Notes: generated by a model not told the origin, from the sequence alone. DNA of 64,000 nucleotides from an uncultured Gammaproteobacteria bacterium (GCA_964452565.1 CAYVLY010000001.1:515053-579052); one strand, 5' to 3'; shown: positions 9,695 through 18,579, numbered from the stretch's first letter. Numbers and translations: made by a program.

Positions 9695-11201
9695 AAGAGG
9701 ACTCATCCATGTGATGTGTCTTTTTTGTTTGTAAGATTGGCGACAAAGCAGGTGTTTCAAATCCTGAATAGGTGTACACGGGTTTTTCTGGGAAAATCAA
9801 ACTCTGCAACTGCTGTTTTTGCGTGAAGTCGGCGTCAACCCATGTCTTTGGGAGTGTTCCAACGAATCCAAAAACGTAATCAACCGCCTCGTCGATATTG
9901 AATGTTTCCAGCCGCACTTTTGCGAGCTTGGTGTGCTGGTCTGCAATGCGATCTTTTACCTCGGCAAACTCCTCCTTGAAATCATCATCCTCGATCAGTT
10001 CTTTTTTCTTCATTCCAATGAGTGCTTTCTTTTCTTCCTCTATACGATCGAGCTCAACGGTCAGACGTTTACGTTCCTGATTGATTGTTTCGTACTGGTC
10101 GTCCCATACGTCCAAAATAACAGCCTTGAACGCCTTGAGAAACTTTTGTTTGGGAGTGATTTGTTCAAGGTAGTTGAAAAACTCTTGCTCGAGAGTATCT
10201 TTTGGAATTGATTTTACTTTTGTTGGGCACTCTTTGAAGTAACAGCGGTAGTACGGATACTTGTCGCCAGACTTGTTCGTTGAGAACGAAGCGGTCATTG
10301 GACGACCACAAAATCCACAAATCACTTGATGGCGCAGCGGAAACGCATCGTTGCCACGCTTTTTGGCGATCGCATCCTCCTTGCTTGAACCTCTGAGAAG
10401 CGTTTGACACATATTGAATGTTTCCATGCTGACAAGCGGTTCATGCAGTCCTTTGTACTCTTTCCCCTTTGAAACCATGCGCCCTGTGTAAAATACGTTT
10501 CTAACGATCTTTGAAATAAGTTGCGGGGAAATCTTGTTTCCTTGCTCAGTACGCAATCCACGATCATTGACGGCAACTCGCACCTCCTCCAGCGTGTAGA
10601 TGCCTTTTGCAAACTCACCAAAGATCCAGCCCATATGCTCGGCTTTTTCACTGTCAGCTGTGACGATCTTTTCTCCTGCCTTGGTTTTGATGTTTCTGTA
10701 ACCGATGGGAGCTTTCCATTGCCAATATCCTTTTTCGAGTTTAGTCAGCATGCAATCACGGGTGCGCTCTCCACGAATCTGGTTATCAAATTGAGCATTG
10801 GCCGCCATTACGTTACCGATGAACTGACCCGCTGGCGTTTCATCAATGGCTTCTGTTACCGATATGAGCCTGATATTGAGTTTGCTCAGGAGTACCAAGA
10901 TCGTACTATAATCGTTCACGTTTCGTGTCAGACGGTCGACTTTGTAGACAATAATGAAGTCGATGGTTTTGTAGTTCTTCTTGCAGTATTCAAGCATAGC
11001 TTGAAGTCCATCTCGATTTGCCGTCTTAGCCGATACGCCATCATCATGAAACACCTTATCGACGTTACCTTGGATTTCTTTCGCCTTCCTGTGGCACGCA
11101 TTATCCTGCTGCTCCAAGCTGATACCCAAAGCAGCCTGTTCCTCTGTCGAAACACGGTAATAGATGAGGCCATTGAGTTGTAGATCTTGAGTTTCGTTCA
11201 T
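9654..11201 (-). CDS. Large serine recombinase (copy 1; C-terminus altered by integration)
   Basis: 515 aa. It has an N-terminal resolvase-type catalytic domain (YYRVSTEEQ), a recombinase domain and a Cys zinc ribbon (CGFCGRPM...YYRCYFKECP). Its 3' end crosses the att core (LVT) and terminates inside the tRNA sequence. Confidence 0.8.
   Translation of the reverse strand: MNETQDLQLNGLIYYRVSTEEQAALGISLEQQDNACHRKAKEIQGNVDKVFHDDGVSAKTANRDGLQAMLEYCKKNYKTIDFIIVYKVDRLTRNVNDYSTILVLLSKLNIRLISVTEAIDETPAGQFIGNVMAANAQFDNQIRGERTRDCMLTKLEKGYWQWKAPIGYRNIKTKAGEKIVTADSEKAEHMGWIFGEFAKGIYTLEEVRVAVNDRGLRTEQGNKISPQLISKIVRNVFYTGRMVSKGKEYKGLHEPLVSMETFNMCQTLLRGSSKEDAIAKKRGNDAFPLRHQVICGFCGRPMTASFSTNKSGDKYPYYRCYFKECPTKVKSIPKDTLEQEFFNYLEQITPKQKFLKAFKAVILDVWDDQYETINQERKRLTVELDRIEEEKKALIGMKKKELIEDDDFKEEFAEVKDRIADQHTKLAKVRLETFNIDEAVDYVFGFVGTLPKTWVDADFTQKQQLQSLIFPEKPVYTYSGFETPALSPILQTKKTHHMDESSLVTPGGIEPPFPG
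9687..9696 (+). other. att core copy 1 (attL: tRNA-Glu 3' end / element left end)
   Basis: GGTCACCAAA. The left flank is tRNA and the right flank is the element. Confidence 0.7.
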
Positions 11202-11515
11202 ATACCAAAAGGAGTGACTCTCCGTTTGAGCTCAACCACCAAACGATGGAAGAAACGGCAGTCACCCCTTTTCATATCACAACGATTGCATTGTGTTGTG
11301 TACGCTTGGAACGTTGAGCTCATACGCATTATGTCATGTTTACAGTTGATTTTCAACGGGTGTTTTTACTCCCATTCGTTCTTTTTTCCATTTCTCAAAG
11401 GCGAGGTTTGCAAATTGATATTGAGCATCTCGAAGCTGACGAATCTCATCATCGCTCATACCTTTTGCGTCTTCGCCAAGCAAACGCTTGTACTTCGAGA
11501 GCGCAATCATAAATC

Positions 11516-12682
11516 TTACGCATCATTTCCTGATGCGACCTTACGTAGCATTGCTTGTAGCTCATCCTCGCTGATGTTGTATCGCACCTCCCCAGACCCC
11601 CTCTGTACAGCCTCAATCTCACGCATCAACTCGATCTGTCGACTTTCGTCGATATGCCCGTAGCCGTAGGAGCCGAATGTAGTTGCTACATTTTCGTGAC
11701 CAAGGTTCTGGCTTATGGCTTTTTTCTGCTCCTCGGTCAGCGGCTTTTTCATGAACTCCTTGACCAAAAGATGACGCAAGGAGTGAGGATGGTAGTACGG
11801 CTCACCTGCTGCCTTGAAGCGTTTTTCAAAAATCTTTCGAGCAGGGCTTGCGCTCGACCAGTAGACAGGCTCAACTTCCCCCGTGCTGTAATAACTGATG
11901 TTTTCTTTTCCGTTTTCCACCTTGGTGGCAGGAAACAATGGGTCATTCTCCTTGAATCCACGTTCATCTTTGAGATATTCAAACCATGACAAGAAGTATG
12001 TTTGTGCTTCTTTGTATTCAAGTGGGAATAAAGCCGTTGCAATCCGCTTTGAGAACTTGGTTTTGACACCAAGGTTTGGGTCTTGGTCAACCACCATGTC
12101 AACGGGGTCAAACGAGCCCAGAGGCAAGCTCACGATTGCTGAAATGCGTGCCCCTGTCAGCAGGGTAAAGCTCAAGAGAGCCTTGTCACGCATGTCGATT
12201 TCGTTTTTTGGTTCAATCGCTTCAATGACCTTTTTTACCTGTTCCATTGTGGGAATCTTGCGTCGTTTGCTTTGAAGCGCTTGACGAGACTCCTTTTTGC
12301 CAAGTGATAAGTACCCAATATCTGTTTCTTGGATGGCCTGCCGATACCCCTCCTGCCTTGAGAGCCAGTCGAAGAAACCACGTAACTTGCGTAGAGTGTG
12401 GTACTGGTAGCTGATACTTACATTTCCACCTCGCTTGCTTTGGCGAGTGGCGAGCCACGTCTTGAACTCAACAGCACGTTTCTTGTTGAACAGATGAAAA
12501 TCCGCTTCATCCGTAAAGTCCTGCCATTGTAGAATGGCTCCTTCATACGTCGTGATGGAGCTCTGCGAAAAGCCCTTGGACTGCTTGAGGTAGTCGAAAT
12601 ACTTTCGCTTCATCAGCTCGTTTTCATAACGCACTTCTTCCTTCGTTTTTGTGGGTTTTGTGTTGTTTGTAGATTGGGACAT
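11516..12682 (-). CDS. Tyrosine recombinase/integrase family protein (copy 1)
   Basis: 388 aa with phage-integrase-like motifs (TGARISA, HPHSLRHLL, LGHENVATTFGSYGY). Confidence 0.7.
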   Translation of the reverse strand: MSQSTNNTKPTKTKEEVRYENELMKRKYFDYLKQSKGFSQSSITTYEGAILQWQDFTDEADFHLFNKKRAVEFKTWLATRQSKRGGNVSISYQYHTLRKLRGFFDWLSRQEGYRQAIQETDIGYLSLGKKESRQALQSKRRKIPTMEQVKKVIEAIEPKNEIDMRDKALLSFTLLTGARISAIVSLPLGSFDPVDMVVDQDPNLGVKTKFSKRIATALFPLEYKEAQTYFLSWFEYLKDERGFKENDPLFPATKVENGKENISYYSTGEVEPVYWSSASPARKIFEKRFKAAGEPYYHPHSLRHLLVKEFMKKPLTEEQKKAISQNLGHENVATTFGSYGYGHIDESRQIELMREIEAVQRGSGEVRYNISEDELQAMLRKVASGNDA

Positions 12683-12687
12683 ATAGC

Positions 12688-13164
12688 TTATGTGTGAGAG
12701 AATCCGTTAGTCCTTTCGGGAGAGGTTTTGAGTAGGCGAGATATTTTGCTGCCGCACGCCTCACACAGACCCGTTCTGCGATACTGTTCGAGGTTGTTTT
12801 TCCCTATCCGCTTGCCCGTTTTTTCTATTCGTTCGGTACCTTCTTTTGGCCTGACACCTTGGCCGCAGGAAAAGCAGAGGAGTTCATCTGGCTTGAGCTT
12901 CTGCTTCCTGTCGTTTCGTCGAGCTTTGAGAAAGTCGTAAAGCACCTGTCCATCAAAGAGCAGAGGCTTCTTGTTGGACATCATGGGTGCAAGCCCTTGC
13001 TTCATCCATCGCTGTACAGTTTTTCGACCAATACCCAACTCGGCGACAATCTCATTGATGTCGTAGCTATGGCGTTTTTTGATCTTGTTGAGCTGGTACC
13101 GCTTCATGACTTTGAAAGTTCTGGAGAGGCTTTCCCATCTCCGTACCTTTATGCAGCCGTTCAA
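12688..13164 (-). CDS. HTH plus zinc-ribbon DNA-binding protein (copy 1)
   Basis: 158 aa with an HTH (INEIVAELGIGRKTVQRWMKQGL) and a CxxC...CxxC motif (CFSCGQG...CEACGSK). Confidence 0.5.
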   Translation of the reverse strand: MNGCIKVRRWESLSRTFKVMKRYQLNKIKKRHSYDINEIVAELGIGRKTVQRWMKQGLAPMMSNKKPLLFDGQVLYDFLKARRNDRKQKLKPDELLCFSCGQGVRPKEGTERIEKTGKRIGKNNLEQYRRTGLCEACGSKISRLLKTSPERTNGFSHT

Positions 13165-13264
13165 GTGGAGTCGCTGTCAAATCTTTGGGGGTGTGAACAA
13201 AACAAACAAAAAATCCCCATGTTTTACGGGGTTTTTGTGTTTGGGTTATCGACGCTTTACCTTT

Positions 13265-13296
13265 GTTCAAGTATCGACTTGAACGACCACTTGAAC
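13265..13296. promoter_or_regulatory. Operator-like palindrome GTTCAAGT-n4-ACTTGAAC plus a third half-site (copy 1)
   Basis: Perfect 8-bp inverted repeat with an additional ACTTGAAC 4 bp downstream. It lies in the 140-bp gap upstream of the HTH/integrase operon. Confidence 0.4.
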
Positions 13297-13303
13297 GAGT
13301 GTT

Positions 13304-14278
13304 CTATGTACAGCAATCGAGACGGGGGTTGAGTCGATAGCGACTACGACCCTTCTTATCAAAAACCGTCTTTGTGCCGTACTCCAATGCTACGTCGTTT
13401 ATCTGTTTTTTGTATGTTGAAATCGTGCGCTTGTTACCGCTTGCAAACTTATCTGCCAAAACACTCAACTCGACCGATGGGTCATCCTTGGTTCGTGCGT
13501 TGAAAAGATACTCAATCATGTAAACGGTCGGCTGATACAGCGATAGTCTCCCTGCAAAGCGTCCTCGCCCAACCTGCTTGAATAGCAGTTCTTTGTCCTT
13601 TCTCGCCAGAACGATGTCTTTGTCCAGCACAATGGAATCTTCGCCATCAATGGCGTAATCCTGCTGGAAATATGTTGCCTCTGCGACAGCATCAATCTCT
13701 ATACCATTTTCATCAATGTCTGCGATAAGTTCCAGTACGGGAACGGCATGGATATGAAGCGAAGCTGCCTTGTTGTTTGGATCGGCAAGAAATAGCAGGG
13801 TTGGACTACTGCGTGCGATGATGCTTGCCAGATATTCTTCACGCAAGTCATTGAGGTTGGCCACAAAAAAGATGGCTCGTGCGGCACCTGTTATTTCCAT
13901 GGCACCCACATTCCAAAACAAACCACTTTGCTTGAGGTGCGCCTCGGTGAGCTCAACGCCCTCTGCGTCAAGAAACAAGGCAAGAAACCGCCGAACATTC
14001 AAACTGTATGCGTGGCGATCTTCTGGCTTGAGGTACTGTCGATCCGTATCTTTCGAGCAGGCTACAAACAGGCGTTCCTCATCTTGTTGTACTGGAAGCA
14101 GGTGCCCGTCATAGCACGACGTGCATAAAGCCTCACTCCTTCGTGCGGTAGTTTGAATCAAGCCGAGTTTGGTCAAAAACTCCGTCACCTCATTTCCAAC
14201 AAGCTCAACCAATACAGAGCGATCCACTTGTGTGCTGGCACCGAAAAGCTGTAGCCCCTGTCGTAGATCGTTTCTCAT
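13304..14278 (-). CDS. Hypothetical protein, element cargo (324 aa, copy 1)
   Basis: Its start overlaps the stop of the upstream 389-aa gene by 4 bp (ATGA). No recognisable motif. Confidence 0.55.
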   Translation of the reverse strand: MRNDLRQGLQLFGASTQVDRSVLVELVGNEVTEFLTKLGLIQTTARRSEALCTSCYDGHLLPVQQDEERLFVACSKDTDRQYLKPEDRHAYSLNVRRFLALFLDAEGVELTEAHLKQSGLFWNVGAMEITGAARAIFFVANLNDLREEYLASIIARSSPTLLFLADPNNKAASLHIHAVPVLELIADIDENGIEIDAVAEATYFQQDYAIDGEDSIVLDKDIVLARKDKELLFKQVGRGRFAGRLSLYQPTVYMIEYLFNARTKDDPSVELSVLADKFASGNKRTISTYKKQINDVALEYGTKTVFDKKGRSRYRLNPRLDCCT

Positions 14279-15444
14279 ACCTCATTCACGGTATCAATAC
14301 CCCACTTGATGAGGAGCTTCCGCACCAACATGTCTTGCTCTCGGCTTTTGAGATTATGCCCTTTGCCATGCGTTACATCGAAGGTCACAGGGCGCCTTTT
14401 TCCGTTGATTTTGAAAACGACTTTGATTTTGGCTTGAAGAATATCAAAGAAATCAAAGTTGATATTGCGATACTGGAGCATTTCTTTCATGCTTTCAACG
14501 CCACCTTTTGCATCTGATCCAATGGTCAAGTACACCTTGCTCCCATTCGGACGAAATCGCAGGCTCATTGCCTTGAGTTGAACTGATTCGACGTTTTCTT
14601 CCTCCGCTATGGTCAGCGGATCAGGGTCGAGTGATTTGAGTACGTCGAGCCTATATGAGCTTGTTTTACAGTCTTCATAACGCAGACTCCACACATCTTC
14701 AATAACGGCACGTTGCAACCCCTCAACCTTTGTTTGTCCGCCCTTGACTTTCACTTCGAGTTTATTTCCGTTCAGCCAGTATTGAATATACGCTCGTAGA
14801 ATAGGACGTCTTGGCGTATCAGGTTTGAGCTTATCATCTGTCTCAAACTTCAAGTCGTTTACAAAGCGGTCTTCTACATAGGCGACCATGCACAAGCGGT
14901 CAGGTTTTTCGATGAGCTTGATTTTGCACCGTGTCTTTCGTCGACCAAATGTGAACATGTTCTGAATAGACTGTTCAAGTGTCGTGACGCCGTTGGTCAA
15001 AGTCGCCACTTCAACATCTGGGATGACAACACTTTTCCAGCTGCAAATGTTATCGAGCGCATGTTCGTCAACCGAAGTATGGAAAATGTCCTCGTGATTG
15101 ATAAAGAACCACAAGGCTCGGGAGTGATGATTGGGGAGTTCGTCGTACACCTTCCAGTCCACGGACTTTTGCAAGCGTTCTGCGGTTTTTTGTAGATACG
15201 CTACGGAAGCCCAGCCAGACATGTCGCTGATGTCATTGAGTGCCGTGAGAACCTCACCATGCTTTTGCTCATCCTGCGTATCGACTACCACCAAAAATCG
15301 GTCAGCACGAGCTTCATCTTCTTCATCGTCGTGTATAATAAAATCCAACTCCAACTTTTTGGCGAACTCACCAAGGAGTGCGGGGTCAAACTTCATCAAT
15401 AACGATGATGGATCAAAACTTCCTGTACCAGCCATATGTTGCAA
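14275..15444 (-). CDS. Hypothetical protein, element cargo (389 aa, copy 1)
   Basis: First gene of the minus-strand cargo operon. No recognisable motif. Confidence 0.55.
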   Translation of the reverse strand: MQHMAGTGSFDPSSLLMKFDPALLGEFAKKLELDFIIHDDEEDEARADRFLVVVDTQDEQKHGEVLTALNDISDMSGWASVAYLQKTAERLQKSVDWKVYDELPNHHSRALWFFINHEDIFHTSVDEHALDNICSWKSVVIPDVEVATLTNGVTTLEQSIQNMFTFGRRKTRCKIKLIEKPDRLCMVAYVEDRFVNDLKFETDDKLKPDTPRRPILRAYIQYWLNGNKLEVKVKGGQTKVEGLQRAVIEDVWSLRYEDCKTSSYRLDVLKSLDPDPLTIAEEENVESVQLKAMSLRFRPNGSKVYLTIGSDAKGGVESMKEMLQYRNINFDFFDILQAKIKVVFKINGKRRPVTFDVTHGKGHNLKSREQDMLVRKLLIKWGIDTVNEV

Positions 15445-15475
15445 AGATTTGTCAACTTATGGTAACTTACCAAAT

Positions 15476-15676
15476 ATGCAAGATCGGTCAACTCCACGAG
15501 AGACAAAAAAGCTCCCAGAGTTGTTGACTCTCAAAGAGGCGGCTGATTTGTTGCATTGTCACCCGAATACGTTGCGTAACTGGGACAACAAGGGCATCCT
15601 TGTTGCCGTGCGTCTGGGGTCACTGGGTGATCGCAGGTACAAAAAGCAAGACATATTGAAACTGATGGAGAAATAA
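15476..15676 (+). CDS. Xis/AlpA-like HTH DNA-binding protein (putative excisionase/regulator, copy 1)
   Basis: 66 aa (MQDRSTPRETKKLPELLTLKEAADLLHCHPNTLRNWDNKGIL...) with a MerR/excisionase-type HTH. Only the C-terminal part of track ORF 15131-15676 is counted, because the rest overlaps the 389-aa gene on the opposite strand. Confidence 0.6.
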   Translation: MQDRSTPRETKKLPELLTLKEAADLLHCHPNTLRNWDNKGILVAVRLGSLGDRRYKKQDILKLMEK

Positions 15677-15686
15677 AAGATGAGGT

Positions 15687-16460
15687 ATGCAGGTCGAACA
15701 AAGTAAGAATCTTGATCAGCAATTTTGTGAACATGGAAACTTCCTATTTTCATGTCCAGAATGTAAAGAAAGAGGTAGGGATATAATTTTGAGAATAGCT
15801 GACAGGAGATCGGTGCCTGATACTGAACAGGTTGAAAAAGTCAGGAATCACATTGAGAAGGTGGTACTGGGCGCTCTTTCAATGTTTGTTTCAAGGTTCG
15901 AGACTTATTGCAGAAAAGGAAACGAACTCGAGATTGTCATAGTTGATGCGACCGATCAAGATTTTGGTTCTGGAGAAGTGAAAGGTACTACTATTGACAT
16001 CCCGTTGTTAGAAGAGGAAAGGATGAGCTTCATTTTGCAAAGAATGGTTGAGAAATCTGATGACATTACGAAAAAACAACTCGAAAACATTGGTATTGCT
16101 ATCACTTGTTCGACGATATTACACGAAGCAATACATAGTTTTTTGGAGTCAAAGCCACACTCGAGTCTTCATGAAAAGATAGAAGCAATGAGTAGTATTC
16201 CTGATCCAGAAGGGATATTTTCCACACTATGCGATGAAGCCATTGCATATTCCATGCAATCCATTTTTTCAGAAACTATAGAGCCCTTTGGAAATACTGC
16301 TCCAAGAGTTGACCAAGATAAGGAAGCTAGTCTGGTCGCTGTAAGAAAAAAACTAGGTATGGCCATCGAAAAAGATATGCGAAAGGTGTTATATGGAAGG
16401 CTGGACACAGAATCATTCTTTGATATTCTTATACAAAAAGCAAAAACACTAACTCAATAA
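15687..16460 (+). CDS. HExxH-motif protein (putative metallopeptidase, ImmA/IrrE-like?) (copy 1)
   Basis: 257 aa with an N-terminal CxxC...CPEC and an internal ILHEAIH (HExxH). Family assignment is uncertain. Confidence 0.4.
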   Translation: MQVEQSKNLDQQFCEHGNFLFSCPECKERGRDIILRIADRRSVPDTEQVEKVRNHIEKVVLGALSMFVSRFETYCRKGNELEIVIVDATDQDFGSGEVKGTTIDIPLLEEERMSFILQRMVEKSDDITKKQLENIGIAITCSTILHEAIHSFLESKPHSSLHEKIEAMSSIPDPEGIFSTLCDEAIAYSMQSIFSETIEPFGNTAPRVDQDKEASLVAVRKKLGMAIEKDMRKVLYGRLDTESFFDILIQKAKTLTQ

Positions 16461-16471
16461 CAACAATATCT

Positions 16472-16960
16472 ATGTCAGAGACACGACGTGGACAAGAGCA
16501 TTCCCCCGATTCAGCAAACGAAATAGTCGAATTGCAACGAGAACAGATGAAACAAAACTTTGATGAAATTGCAGTAAAAGCCTTGTTCCAGTTGAGGAGA
16601 AGTTTGTTAGGGAAAGATTATCGAAACTTGCCCAATTTGAGAGCGCTTCCTGAACCGTTTGAACCAAACGCAGATATATCACATGATACACTCATGAAAA
16701 TATCATCTGATTTTATTACAGAAATGAGGTTGCAAATATCAGCTATCATTGCGGAGGCAACGAGAAGATTATCTTTGTATGATCAAAAGAAACAAGAGTA
16801 TCCAATTGATGCAAACATGGCACTTGAGGAGGTCTTGATTGAAAAAGCTTTTGATTTCTTGCGAGACCAAAAAAGAATAATCAGCAACAACCGCGGTACA
16901 CTTGGTGGATGGATGAAGACAATAGTAGAAAGAGAGAAAAATATAGTTGAGCATGACTAG
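16472..16960 (+). CDS. Hypothetical protein (162 aa, copy 1)
   Basis: ORF at the right end of the element. No motifs. Confidence 0.45.
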   Translation: MSETRRGQEHSPDSANEIVELQREQMKQNFDEIAVKALFQLRRSLLGKDYRNLPNLRALPEPFEPNADISHDTLMKISSDFITEMRLQISAIIAEATRRLSLYDQKKQEYPIDANMALEEVLIEKAFDFLRDQKRIISNNRGTLGGWMKTIVEREKNIVEHD

Positions 16961-18579
16961 TCGAGAGAAAAGGGTTGCATTTTTTGAGATCCAAAAATAT
17001 GCGGCAATGTCTCCGACCATTGCTTGATTTGCTGGATCAGGGTGTTCCAATGCTCAATACAGTAGGTCACCAAAGAGGACTCATCCATGTGATGTGTCTT
17101 TTTTGTTTGTAAGATTGGCGACAAAGCAGGTGTTTCAAATCCTGAATAGGTGTACACGGGTTTTTCTGGGAAAATCAAACTCTGCAACTGCTGTTTTTGC
17201 GTGAAGTCGGCGTCAACCCATGTCTTTGGGAGTGTTCCAACGAATCCAAAAACGTAATCAACCGCCTCGTCGATATTGAATGTTTCCAGCCGCACTTTTG
17301 CGAGCTTGGTGTGCTGGTCTGCAATGCGATCTTTTACCTCGGCAAACTCCTCCTTGAAATCATCATCCTCGATCAGTTCTTTTTTCTTCATTCCAATGAG
17401 TGCTTTCTTTTCTTCCTCTATACGATCGAGCTCAACGGTCAGACGTTTACGTTCCTGATTGATTGTTTCGTACTGGTCGTCCCATACGTCCAAAATAACA
17501 GCCTTGAACGCCTTGAGAAACTTTTGTTTGGGAGTGATTTGTTCAAGGTAGTTGAAAAACTCTTGCTCGAGAGTATCTTTTGGAATTGATTTTACTTTTG
17601 TTGGGCACTCTTTGAAGTAACAGCGGTAGTACGGATACTTGTCGCCAGACTTGTTCGTTGAGAACGAAGCGGTCATTGGACGACCACAAAATCCACAAAT
17701 CACTTGATGGCGCAGCGGAAACGCATCGTTGCCACGCTTTTTGGCGATCGCATCCTCCTTGCTTGAACCTCTGAGAAGCGTTTGACACATATTGAATGTT
17801 TCCATGCTGACAAGCGGTTCATGCAGTCCTTTGTACTCTTTCCCCTTTGAAACCATGCGCCCTGTGTAAAATACGTTTCTAACGATCTTTGAAATAAGTT
17901 GCGGGGAAATCTTGTTTCCTTGCTCAGTACGCAATCCACGATCATTGACGGCAACTCGCACCTCCTCCAGCGTGTAGATGCCTTTTGCAAACTCACCAAA
18001 GATCCAGCCCATATGCTCGGCTTTTTCACTGTCAGCTGTGACGATCTTTTCTCCTGCCTTGGTTTTGATGTTTCTGTAACCGATGGGAGCTTTCCATTGC
18101 CAATATCCTTTTTCGAGTTTAGTCAGCATGCAATCACGGGTGCGCTCTCCACGAATCTGGTTATCAAATTGAGCATTGGCCGCCATTACGTTACCGATGA
18201 ACTGACCCGCTGGCGTTTCATCAATGGCTTCTGTTACCGATATGAGCCTGATATTGAGTTTGCTCAGGAGTACCAAGATCGTACTATAATCGTTCACGTT
18301 TCGTGTCAGACGGTCGACTTTGTAGACAATAATGAAGTCGATGGTTTTGTAGTTCTTCTTGCAGTATTCAAGCATAGCTTGAAGTCCATCTCGATTTGCC
18401 GTCTTAGCCGATACGCCATCATCATGAAACACCTTATCGACGTTACCTTGGATTTCTTTCGCCTTCCTGTGGCACGCATTATCCTGCTGCTCCAAGCTGA
18501 TACCCAAAGCAGCCTGTTCCTCTGTCGAAACACGGTAATAGATGAGGCCATTGAGTTGTAGATCTTGAGTTTCGTTCAT
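16957..18579 (-). CDS. Large serine recombinase (copy 2; full-length attP-type form, 540 aa)
   Basis: Identical to copy 1 down to the att core. It then continues 37 codons into the right end of the preceding element copy (…LVTYCIEHWNTLIQQIKQWSETLPHIFGSQKMQPFSLD). Confidence 0.8.
   Translation of the reverse strand: MNETQDLQLNGLIYYRVSTEEQAALGISLEQQDNACHRKAKEIQGNVDKVFHDDGVSAKTANRDGLQAMLEYCKKNYKTIDFIIVYKVDRLTRNVNDYSTILVLLSKLNIRLISVTEAIDETPAGQFIGNVMAANAQFDNQIRGERTRDCMLTKLEKGYWQWKAPIGYRNIKTKAGEKIVTADSEKAEHMGWIFGEFAKGIYTLEEVRVAVNDRGLRTEQGNKISPQLISKIVRNVFYTGRMVSKGKEYKGLHEPLVSMETFNMCQTLLRGSSKEDAIAKKRGNDAFPLRHQVICGFCGRPMTASFSTNKSGDKYPYYRCYFKECPTKVKSIPKDTLEQEFFNYLEQITPKQKFLKAFKAVILDVWDDQYETINQERKRLTVELDRIEEEKKALIGMKKKELIEDDDFKEEFAEVKDRIADQHTKLAKVRLETFNIDEAVDYVFGFVGTLPKTWVDADFTQKQQLQSLIFPEKPVYTYSGFETPALSPILQTKKTHHMDESSLVTYCIEHWNTLIQQIKQWSETLPHIFGSQKMQPFSLD
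17065..17074 (+). other. att core copy 2 (element-element junction, attP-like)
   Basis: GGTCACCAAA flanked by the element right end (CAATACAGTAGG) and the element left end (GAGGACTCATCC). Confidence 0.7.

Noticed and set aside
11187-11663. Plus-strand ORFs inside the element (11187-11663, 11654-11989, 11898-12275, 12859-13332, 13770-14114 and their copy-2 twins) and ORF 24353-24628 spanning the attR junction
   Set aside because: They are antisense to well-supported recombinase and cargo genes, or lie in intergenic DNA, and have no motifs. Likely non-coding.
15131-15676. Full 181-aa track ORF containing the Xis-like HTH
   Set aside because: Its N-terminal 115 aa run antisense through the 389-aa cargo gene and are Ser/Cys-rich low complexity. 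Only the C-terminal 66 aa, from ATG 15476 with a canonical HTH, are considered real.
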